DNA of 62,921 nucleotides, counting the filler, from Candidatus Woesearchaeota archaeon CG1_02_57_44 (lineage in GTDB: Archaea; Nanobdellota; Nanobdellia; Woesearchaeales; CG1-02-57-44), in the NCBI GenBank assembly GCA_001871415.1. It is 5 parts of 5 records of this genome, joined end to end, with 100 filler letters (N's around TTAATTAATTAA, not from the genome) between each part and the next. Parts side by side here need not be neighbours in the genome. Positions count along the whole stretch, not along the records: positions 47,797 to 54,833 come from MNWW01000009.1; positions 54,934 to 62,921 come from MNWW01000055.1; 3 more parts are not named here. One strand, written 5' to 3'. The translations under genes were made by a program, and so were the position numbers. Shown one piece after another: positions 51,436-59,385 of the stretch; within the stretch, counting starts at the first letter, position 1, and each line of letters opens with the position of its first letter. A model generated the notes under the pieces. That model did not search any database, had not been told where the DNA came from, and worked only from the letters and a program-made list of their open reading frames with translations.

Positions 51436-52444
51436 TTAAATATGTATAGGCACCATAAGCGGCAGTCACCCCTTCAGCAGCACCAGTTATGGCCTGCTTG
51501 AAGTTGGTATCTGCCACATCGCCAGCGGCAAAGACTCCAGGCACATTGGTTCTCGCCTGCCGGTCAATGCCTATCTCGCCTTTGCCATTCAGCGTCACGC
51601 CCACTTGCTTGGCCAGGTCGGATAGTGCGATGTGCCCTATCGCCACGAATACCCCATCCAAGGCCAGGGAGTCGCTGCCTTCATACGGCGTATCAAGATC
51701 CACGTGCATCACCTTGGATTCTCCCTGGATGGCTGTCACGTGCGTATTATTGATGACGGTTATATTCTCCTGCGCCTCGACCTTTCGCTCATTGATAGGT
51801 TCCGGGCGGATCTTCTCTCCGCGGTAGATGATATAGACCTTCTTTGCGAACTGCGCGAGCAGCAACGCCTCTTTCGCCGCAGAGTCTGAACCACCGATTA
51901 TCGCGACGGTCTTGTCGCGGTAGAACGCGCCATCACAGAGCGCGCAGTAGTGCACGCCCCGACCAGTGAACTTCTCTTCACCTGGCACGTCGAGCTTGCG
52001 CCATTCTGTCCCCGTCGCCATGATGACCGTCTTCGCCTGCACCATATCCTTGCCGTCCTTACCAGAGCGCAGACGAAAGCAGGAGCCCTTGCGTTCGACC
52101 GCAGCCACGCGAGCAGGCACCTCCTTGAGTCCGTATTCCAACGCGTGCTGGCGGATCTTCTCCGCCAAGTCATAGCCTGATATCATACTAAAACCTGGAT
52201 AGTTGGCTATCTCGTCCGTGAGCATGATCGTTCCGCCTATCTTCTCAGCGAAGAGGATGGTCTTAAGACCGAATCTTCCCGCGTACATGCCCGCGCTGTA
52301 GCCCGCCACGCCTCCGCCGATGATTGCGACATCGTATTGGGCGATGCCTGCTATCGCGCCATCCTTCGCGGATGAGATGACTGGGGAAGAATCTGCCTCT
52401 TTCTGCTCTTTCTCGCTGCTCGCTGCTGAATCGTTTGCTGTCAT
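51392..52444 (-). CDS. trxB: Thioredoxin reductase
   Basis: IGGGVAG, NYPGF, GVHYCALCDG, GGSDSA, AAGDV, QAITGAAEG. Confidence 0.95.
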   Translation of the reverse strand: MTANDSAASSEKEQKEADSSPVISSAKDGAIAGIAQYDVAIIGGGVAGYSAGMYAGRFGLKTILFAEKIGGTIMLTDEIANYPGFSMISGYDLAEKIRQHALEYGLKEVPARVAAVERKGSCFRLRSGKDGKDMVQAKTVIMATGTEWRKLDVPGEEKFTGRGVHYCALCDGAFYRDKTVAIIGGSDSAAKEALLLAQFAKKVYIIYRGEKIRPEPINERKVEAQENITVINNTHVTAIQGESKVMHVDLDTPYEGSDSLALDGVFVAIGHIALSDLAKQVGVTLNGKGEIGIDRQARTNVPGVFAAGDVADTNFKQAITGAAEGVTAAYGAYTYLNEQDIICACNDEDC

Positions 52445-52525
52445 GTGTGTCGCCTCAATGCATCTAGATGATAAGCGCTGCCACGGTATCCGCGACCTCG
52501 CCCCTGTCGCTCTGCGCCAGACGCA

Positions 52526-52756
52526 TCAGAGTCCAAGCGCTTCTGTTATCGCTTCCTGATCAAAGCCGATGATGATAGTGCCATTGATGTCAAGCACAGG
52601 AACTCCCATCTGCCCTGATTTCTCGAGCATCTCGTTTCGCGCCTTCTCATCGCGGCCGACATCCAGATCCTCAAAATCAACCTTGTGCTCACGCAGGAAG
52701 TCCTTGACGCGATGACACCAGGGGCAGCTTTGCGTGCTGAATACTTTTACGCTCAT
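52526..52756 (-). CDS. Glutaredoxin (NrdH/YruB-like)
   Basis: CPWC, GQMGVPV, IGFD; AGGTGA RBS. Confidence 0.93.
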   Translation of the reverse strand: MSVKVFSTQSCPWCHRVKDFLREHKVDFEDLDVGRDEKARNEMLEKSGQMGVPVLDINGTIIIGFDQEAITEALGL

Positions 52757-52861
52757 AATGTTCACCTTCCTTGTTTGATTGTCTATATTCCCTTTAGGGT
52801 GACCTGGCCCATGCCCGTCCCGTACACATGGCATGCGATGGTAATGGGACGATTACTTACG

Positions 52862-53536
52862 TCACGCTGCGCGCTGCAACGCGTCGAAGGCCGCTCTCCT
52901 GTCTTTGGCCCTGACCACGTACGACCCGACGACAAACTTGTCCGCGCCTGCTTCCTGGGCCTTCGCGATGGTCACATCGCTTATGCCGCCATCGACCTCC
53001 ACAGGAATATCACATAAGGATTTCACCTGCTTGATTTTTTGCAGGGTCTCTGGAAGGAATGCGCTACCATATTGCCCAGGATTGACGGTCATGACCAGGA
53101 CTTCATCTATGCTCTGGATGTACGACGCGAGAGCGTTTGCCTGCGTCCCTGGATTGATGGCGAGCCCCACGCGCTTTCCCGCGCTCCTGGCGGCGGCTAT
53201 CGCCTCCTCTGTGTGGCCCGACTCAAGATGGATATAGACGAGCACCACTGCATCCCACTTGGCCAGGCGCGATATCCAATCCACAGGATCCACCACCATC
53301 AGGTGCGCCTCAAACGAGACATCCTGTGTCTTGTCCGGCAGGGTCAGCTCGAATGCCAATGACTTGTTGGCGACGAAACTGCCATCCATGACATCCAATT
53401 GCAGGGTATGCGCCAGTCCTCGCAGTTGCGCAATGCGCTCATCAAGCTCCTGCTGCGATGACGCGATGATCGCCGGGACGACAGCCCTCGCCGGGCTCCT
53501 TGACGTTGACGATGCCTGCAACACATGCTCGCTCAT
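52862..53536 (-). CDS. rpe: Ribulose-phosphate 3-epimerase
   Basis: DVMDGSFV, EAHLMV, MTVNPG, EVDGGI, VVGS. Confidence 0.92.
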   Translation of the reverse strand: MSEHVLQASSTSRSPARAVVPAIIASSQQELDERIAQLRGLAHTLQLDVMDGSFVANKSLAFELTLPDKTQDVSFEAHLMVVDPVDWISRLAKWDAVVLVYIHLESGHTEEAIAAARSAGKRVGLAINPGTQANALASYIQSIDEVLVMTVNPGQYGSAFLPETLQKIKQVKSLCDIPVEVDGGISDVTIAKAQEAGADKFVVGSYVVRAKDRRAAFDALQRAA

Positions 53537-53726
53537 GGACAAGGGGAACACGCTGTATCGTATATAAAGGTTGCTTTGGGCCTCAGAAGCGATGGCCCAT
53601 CCTGCAGTACCCGAACCGATACAGCCAGAACAGATACAGAACATTCCTTCTACGCAGGTTGCTGACCGAACGCATGGCAGGCGATATCCTGTATCCCGCA
53701 CACTATGCATTGATCCCTTGCAAGGG

Positions 53727-54380
53727 TCAAGCCTTGCCGGCGCCTGCCATGAGCGTCGCGCCCAGACTGGACAATCTAACGAGGAGCTGGCGGCCGTCCT
53801 GCCTGAGCTGCACCAGGCGATACGCCTCAAGGCCCTTGTAGCTTGTATTGCCGTTCAGATGATAGGAAAGCAATGAGATGGACAACCCCAGTCTCTTAGC
53901 GATCTCCTGCAAAGGCAGCCATGCGTGCCTACTCAACACCCGCAGTATCCGCATCTTCGTGTCGGAGAGCTCCTCATAGTAGGACAGGTTGAGCACCGGA
54001 TACATGACCAGCTCCTTTCCCTCTTTGCCAAACGCACGCAAACCATGCGCGAACGCCGCGCTGAGTGCCGCGCTCGCGCTGCTGAGCGAGCCTGCGGCGA
54101 TATTGACCAGGAACAAGTCCGGATCCTTTCGCGAGAGAATGGTGCTGAACAGACGAAACATATCATCGACCAGATCAGACCCCATGTCTTTGATCTCCAC
54201 CGTCACCGCATGTCCCTCCACCATCCTGGCGGCCTTGCGCGCATCTTGCATCCTGCCCTTCGGCACCAGCAATATGACCCGCCCTATGGAAAATTCCTTG
54301 AGCCCTAACAGCAACGCTTTGGCATCCTGCTCGAACGGCGCAATTATCGTATAACCCATAATAGTTGTTAGGTAAACCAA
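53727..54380 (-). CDS. Transcriptional regulator: Rossmann/CARF-like N-domain plus winged HTH (DUF6293/Csa3-like)
   Basis: RVILL...FLVNIAAG N-domain; LSDTKMRIL..LQEIAKRLGLSISLLSYHL wHTH; start may be ATG 54359. Confidence 0.7.
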   Translation of the reverse strand: MVYLTTIMGYTIIAPFEQDAKALLLGLKEFSIGRVILLVPKGRMQDARKAARMVEGHAVTVEIKDMGSDLVDDMFRLFSTILSRKDPDLFLVNIAAGSLSSASAALSAAFAHGLRAFGKEGKELVMYPVLNLSYYEELSDTKMRILRVLSRHAWLPLQEIAKRLGLSISLLSYHLNGNTSYKGLEAYRLVQLRQDGRQLLVRLSSLGATLMAGAGKA

Positions 54381-54576
54381 ATATATAAGTTTTTGTCTTT
54401 CCTATCCATGCACCGCACGCCCCATGGCAGTCCAGAGCCCCTTTCAAAGCAAAGTTTATAATACCGAACACATACCACGGTCTGTGAGCGGGCCTGCTAC
54501 CAGCCCGTTGGCAAGGCAAGCGCCACTGCAGAGGGCAAGCCCAAGGGCAGCCAAAAGCAACCATCGAGGTGTCATC

Positions 54577-54833
54577 ATGAAAGACTGCGCAAAATGCAAG
54601 AACCTGTTTACCGCCAATCGCATACTGCTGGGCCTGCTGATGCTCGTCCCCGGATTGCTCAAGCTCTTTGTCGTAAAGCCCGCAGCTGTCGTTGGCATGC
54701 TCACCGGCATGGGTTATCCGATCCCCTCCGTCTTGGCCTGGGTGCTCATCATAGCAGAGATCACCACGGGCGTCATGATACTGGGCGGATGGAACCTTCG
54801 GTACGCCATCATCCCCCCAGCCATCATCCTGAC
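54577..54833 (+). CDS. DoxX-family membrane protein (3' truncated)
   Basis: RILLGLLMLVPGLLKL, AEITTGVMILGG; GAGGTG RBS. Confidence 0.85.
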
Positions 54834-54933
54834 NNNNNNNNNNNNNNNNNNNNNNNNNNNNNNNNNNNNNNNNNNNNTTAATTAATTAANNNNNNNNNNN
54901 NNNNNNNNNNNNNNNNNNNNNNNNNNNNNNNNN
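54834..54933. other. Artificial contig linker
   Basis: 100 nt N/TTAATTAATTAA/N. Confidence 0.98.
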
Positions 54934-55672
54934 CAGAAGCGAGCGTCTTTTCCAGCGACAGGGCGATGATGCTTCGTGAAGCAGCGTCATAGCGGACAGA
55001 CACGCCGCCGAACACATTGACCAGGTCGTCGAACCTGAGCTGATATGCTTCGGTATTGGACCCAGCGCCGCGCAGGACTAGGTGCGGCCCAGCGGAGGTG
55101 AAGTCCTGCGCGAGCGACTGGCCATTGATCGTATCATACTGTTCTGGGACAATGACGCGCCATCCGAAGGCGACAGCAACATCTCTCTTGTCGGTATTGG
55201 ACAGTTCATAATTGGTCTTGGTCAGCCCGCCCTGCTGCGTGAGCCACTTTCTGCTGACCATGCGCTCGAGGGGGACGTCAATGCCGTCACGCAAGAGCAC
55301 CTCGGTGATGGTGAAATCTGTTCCCGGGAGAGGATCTGCATTGAGGGGTAGCTCCTGCGATGGATCATCAGGCAGGGGCGCCGCGATGTCCGGCTCTGTG
55401 GCCTGTGTTGTCGTGGCGGCTGATGCGTGTTCATCCTGCTGTCCGGTCGTGATGGCGGGTGATTGTTGGCCGCTGCCGCTCACCACATCGCTCCTGCTGC
55501 CCGATGTGTGCGATACCATCAGGATTCCTGCGATGAGCAGTGCGCATACCGCGGCGATGACAAGGAGCATCCGGGTCGGGATGAAGCGTAGCCTTCCTGC
55601 TGCTGGTGATGCCGCAGGGCGCTGACCTGTGGAGTCCTTGCCTGCCTGCCACCTCTTTTTCTGCGCTGCCAT
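54934..55672 (-). CDS. Single-TM protein with low-complexity linker and extracellular domain (3' truncated)
   Basis: Basic N-terminus, TM, S/T/Q/P-rich linker, globular domain; starts 5 nt after the RHH2 stop. Confidence 0.75.
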
Positions 55673-55677
55673 GGTGA

Positions 55678-55836
55678 TTATGATGGTACTTTTCCTTTCA
55701 GTTGTTTCTGGTCTTTCTTGACCTTCTCTTCGATAGCGACGGTGATAAACTCCTTCAGGGACGATTCCTGCAGCAGCGAGGCAAGCCGGGCCTTCCTGTG
55801 CAGCTCTTCGTCCAGGGGGATGTTGATGCGGGTCAC
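55678..55836 (-). CDS. Ribbon-helix-helix microprotein 2 (52 aa, ParG/Arc-like)
   Basis: Manual translation MTRINIPLDEELHRKARLASLLQESSLKEFITVAIEEKVKKDQKQLKGKVPS*; GTG start overlaps the RHH1 stop (GTGA). Confidence 0.8.
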   Translation of the reverse strand: MTRINIPLDEELHRKARLASLLQESSLKEFITVAIEEKVKKDQKQLKGKVPS

Positions 55837-55970
55837 TTTGGTGGTTTCTCCCTGAGTTTCTCTTCGAGGGATTGTGCGATGTAGTCTTTGAGCGGGATGC
55901 CCAGGAGCAAGGAGCAGAGCTTTGCCTGCTTGTGCAATTCGTCAGGTAGCTCTATGTTCACGTTGGGCAT
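55833..55970 (-). CDS. Ribbon-helix-helix microprotein 1 (45 aa, ParG/Arc-like)
   Basis: Manual translation MPNVNIELPDELHKQAKLCSLLLGIPLKDYIAQSLEEKLREKPPK*. Confidence 0.8.
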   Translation of the reverse strand: MPNVNIELPDELHKQAKLCSLLLGIPLKDYIAQSLEEKLREKPPK

Positions 55971-55981
55971 AGTCCAGACAC

Positions 55982-56044
55982 TTACTTACATTACTTTGCT
56001 TACTTTACTTAGTTATCTTACTTAGCTTATTTTCATTATTTCGT
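55982..56044. promoter_or_regulatory. Seven tandem 9-bp units TTA(C/G/T)TT-NNN, putative RHH operator array
   Basis: Hexamers at 55982, 55991, 56000, 56009, 56018, 56027, 56036; minus-strand TATATAAA at 56080-56073. Confidence 0.75.
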
Positions 56045-56277
56045 ATACTGCCATAACTTTGTTAAGTTATTGTTTATATAGTTTTCGGTGCCAGAACCGA
56101 CAGATGATGGCAGAAGGGATTGCCAGAAAGGCGCACCCGGGTGGGGGGCGTATGGGTATCGATGATCGCGCAAGGCCTGTGCCTGAATCGCTCTCAGGGC
56201 TATGGTCAATGGCTATCTGTCGTTATCGACCAAAAGAAATCAGTAGGCAGCAAGCGCTGCCCGCGATCATGCTGGGC

Positions 56278-56412
56278 CTACTCTGCCTCTTCTTCGTCAT
56301 CTGCCCCGCCAGGCATGTCGAAGTCATCTTCCTTGCGGTCCTTATCATTGAATTCGTCGTCCTCGTCGTCTGCTTCTTCCTCTTCTTCTTCCATCCAGAG
56401 CAAGTTCTCCAC
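56278..56412 (-). CDS. Highly acidic 44-aa peptide
   Basis: MENLLWMEEEEEEADDEDDEFNDKDRKEDDFDMPGGADDEEEAE*; 25/44 D/E; GGAGGTG RBS upstream of GTG. Confidence 0.65.
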   Translation of the reverse strand: MENLLWMEEEEEEADDEDDEFNDKDRKEDDFDMPGGADDEEEAE

Positions 56413-56451
56413 GTTGGCCCACCTCCGCCTAGCGGCGTTGCAGAATAGTAT

Positions 56452-57243
56452 TTAAAATTTGTGTAAGTCTGCGAGATTCCCGAAATCCATTATTTGTTCT
56501 CCCACCTCTCCCACCACCATGACGTGAAGATTGCGCGCCAGAGGCAATAGCGGGCCGACAGGCTTTTCAGCGAGCACATTGCTGCCCTGATTGAGCGTGA
56601 AGGCAGAGGGCATGAAGGTGATGGCCAAAGTGCGACCCACTGCCCCGCCAAGCTGTAGGTGTCCAAGCAGGAAGCACTTGAACCGTTCTGTCGGTCGCTC
56701 TCTGAACGCGATGGCAGGGTGTTCATGGCCGACGATGAGGGTCTTGACGTTCTTGCCTATCCGATGGGGGATGCAATCCCCATGCGTAATGAGATGTTGA
56801 CCGATAGTCATTCTGTCGCAAAGCTTCACGTCCGGGCCAAGCATGCCTGCGCTCAGGCCCGTGTCATGGTTGCCTCTGACCACGATGACGGATGCGAATC
56901 GCGCGCGCAGGTACGCCAGAAGCGTTCCTATCTCCTTCTTCTCAGCGCGCGTGGGAGGGCCAAAGCCGTGCTTGATATCTCCGTTGAGCACGACGCGCCG
57001 CGGTATCCTGCCAAAGGTCGCTGCGCGTTCCAGCATGGCCCCTATCTGCTCGATTATCGTACGGCAGTTGTCCGCAGGCATCAGGCGCCCGGCATCCTGC
57101 TGTTCAAAGCCAAGATGCAGGTCGCCAAGTATAAGAGTGCCTTCCTTCTCCGGGAGCAGCAGTCCAGTTCCAAGGATGATGCTGCCATCAGCAAGCGTGT
57201 GGCAGATTCCTCTGGGTGGGTTATGTCGGGATGGGAATCTCAT
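56452..57243 (-). CDS. Calcineurin-like metallophosphoesterase (archaeal ICC-like)
   Basis: GDLHLGFE, NGDIKH, RGNHD, THGD, GHEHP, MPSAF; start uncertain. Confidence 0.88.
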   Translation of the reverse strand: MRFPSRHNPPRGICHTLADGSIILGTGLLLPEKEGTLILGDLHLGFEQQDAGRLMPADNCRTIIEQIGAMLERAATFGRIPRRVVLNGDIKHGFGPPTRAEKKEIGTLLAYLRARFASVIVVRGNHDTGLSAGMLGPDVKLCDRMTIGQHLITHGDCIPHRIGKNVKTLIVGHEHPAIAFRERPTERFKCFLLGHLQLGGAVGRTLAITFMPSAFTLNQGSNVLAEKPVGPLLPLARNLHVMVVGEVGEQIMDFGNLADLHKF

Positions 57244-57363
57244 GAGGGAATCCTGCTGACGAAGCATCAGCCGTCTGCTGGAATGACGCGATCCACGTCG
57301 CATACGGTCTGCGTGGATCATGGCCAAAGCATGGCGGATGCCCGACACCTGGCGACAACAGGC

Positions 57364-58113
57364 CTATTTTTTCTTCAATATGCCCTGGAACCCTTGCAGG
57401 ATCTCCAGCGGCACCGCGAACACGACCGTGTTGCTCTGATCAGAGCTCATGTCATTGATGCTATTCAGGGTACGAAGGTGCAGTGCTCCGGGGCTGTCCG
57501 TGAGTAATCTGGCCGCCTTTGCGAGGTTCTGGGCCGCCAGCACTTCGCCCTCTGAATTGATGATGTTGGCGCGCTTCTCCCGCTCGGCCTCTGCCTGCTT
57601 GGCCATGGTCCGGACAAGCTCCTGTGAGAGGCCGATGTCTTTTATCTCCACTGCCTCGACATCAATGCCCCAGGGATCAGTCGCCTTATCGACGATGCTC
57701 TCTATCTTGTCAGAGTTCTTCTTGCGCTCGGCAAGCAGCTCATCCAGGGTCACTTCGCCGACGACATTTCTCATCGTGGTCTGCGCGAGCTGTGAGACCG
57801 CGTAGTTGTATTCCTCGACCTCAATAATGGCCTTCTCTGCAGAGCGTACCTTGTAGTACATGACTGCGTTCACCTTCACAGTAATGTTGTCTTTCGTGAT
57901 GGCATCCTGGTCAGGAACATCCGCGACCTTGGTGCGCATATCGACGCGCTGCCAGCTCTGGAAGACCGGCAGCACGACGCGAAGGCCCGGATCCATCATG
58001 CCGCTGTATTTTCCCAGCGTGAACCTGACACCACGCTCATACTGGTTGATGACCTTCAGGCCAGCGAAGATGTACAATGCGACGACCCATGCGATAGATG
58101 TCATAATTGCCAT
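57364..58113 (-). CDS. SPFH/stomatin-like protein
   Basis: QYERGVRFTLG, ITKDN, LAQTTMRNVVG, PWGIDV, QAEAEREKRA. Confidence 0.93.
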   Translation of the reverse strand: MAIMTSIAWVVALYIFAGLKVINQYERGVRFTLGKYSGMMDPGLRVVLPVFQSWQRVDMRTKVADVPDQDAITKDNITVKVNAVMYYKVRSAEKAIIEVEEYNYAVSQLAQTTMRNVVGEVTLDELLAERKKNSDKIESIVDKATDPWGIDVEAVEIKDIGLSQELVRTMAKQAEAEREKRANIINSEGEVLAAQNLAKAARLLTDSPGALHLRTLNSINDMSSDQSNTVVFAVPLEILQGFQGILKKK

Positions 58114-58237
58114 GATATCACCCCTCGGAAATGTTGCAAGTGTCTGCCCTTATATAGTTTTCCGGCAGGTGGCCCGGCATGCCCCCTGCCAGCCGCTAAT
58201 GCGTCAAGCATCACCAGTGTCTTGCCCATCTTCCCTA

Positions 58238-58333
58238 TTCAGTTCCCGGCGTGCATAGACTCATCAATGTTATGGCCCGAAGCCCGCCTTGGTGTCTTCC
58301 TTGTTCAGTTCCCGGCCTGTTCAGTTCCCGGCC
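58238..58333 (+). repeat. Three copies of TTCAGTTCCCGGC in a divergent intergenic region
   Basis: Copies at 58238, 58304 and 58320; the last two form a perfect 16-bp tandem just before TTTATAAG. Confidence 0.75.
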
Positions 58334-58370
58334 GTTGCCTTTATAAGCACTGCCAGATTTTCTCCTTGCC

Positions 58371-59153
58371 ATGCGTATCTACTGCATCCCCTGGGATAAA
58401 GGGGGATTCGAGCGGACCATCGGCTGCGCCAAAGGGCCAGCTGCGATACTGGACGCCCTCAAGGACGTCTATGTCGGTGATTCGGGAAAGCCGTTGCTCA
58501 TCGAACCCGTCCAGGTGCCTATAGACCCAAGCGACTGGAACAAGAGCGCGAAGGCCATGCATCAGGCTGTCGCGTCGCATCAGGGCCTCGCGATATCGCT
58601 CGGTGGCGATCATAGTGTCACCCATCACTTGATCACAGGCCTTCTGGCAAGAGAGCCCGGTGCAGGCCTGCTCATGCTGGACGCGCACGCGGACTGTCTT
58701 GATGGCACAAGCCTGCCGACTCATGAAGACTTTATTCCGCAGCTGGTGCGCCAAGGTGGCCTTCCGGCTGAGCGTATCATCCTTTTCGGGCTTCGGAATA
58801 TTCACCCGCAGGAGCAGGCGTTCCTCAATGAGCACAAGATAGACTGCTATGGCATGCGCCGCATCCTCGACCTTGGCTTTGACGAGGCAGTGTCAGCCGT
58901 CATGCAGAAAGCGAGGCAGTGGTCTGCCCTCTACGTTTCCGTGGACATCGATGTCGCCGACCCGAGCTGCGCTCCAGGGACAGGATACCTTGAGCCTGGC
59001 GGCCTGTCAGCGCAAGAGCTCATACACACCTGCCGCAGGATATCCCGCCTGCAGAACCTGCGCGCTATCGATGTGGTCGAAGTCAATCCCGCGCGCGACA
59101 GCAATGGAATGACCGCTGCGCTTGGCGCAAGGGTCATCAGGGCGTTTCTCTGA
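58371..59153 (+). CDS. Arginase/agmatinase (ureohydrolase) family
   Basis: LGGDHS, DAHADC, SVDIDVADP, APGTG..EPGG, DVVEVNP. Confidence 0.92.
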   Translation: MRIYCIPWDKGGFERTIGCAKGPAAILDALKDVYVGDSGKPLLIEPVQVPIDPSDWNKSAKAMHQAVASHQGLAISLGGDHSVTHHLITGLLAREPGAGLLMLDAHADCLDGTSLPTHEDFIPQLVRQGGLPAERIILFGLRNIHPQEQAFLNEHKIDCYGMRRILDLGFDEAVSAVMQKARQWSALYVSVDIDVADPSCAPGTGYLEPGGLSAQELIHTCRRISRLQNLRAIDVVEVNPARDSNGMTAALGARVIRAFL

Positions 59154-59385
59154 AGCAACGGTCTGCGACCAAGCAAGCGTTGTGGCTGCTGGATGCTCAT
59201 GCGCACCTGCTTGCTCATTAGTGCCTGCTGCCTGTCCTGTTGCTCTACGCCAAGATGGCGCGCACGCTGCGTTCAGAGCAACGCGACAAGCGTCGCAGGA
59301 CCGGCATGTTCAGAAGCTCTTTGCCTTACCCATCGCAGAATCCAGTACCGCTGTTCAGAATCAATAGGTTCCTATCCTTTCCACT

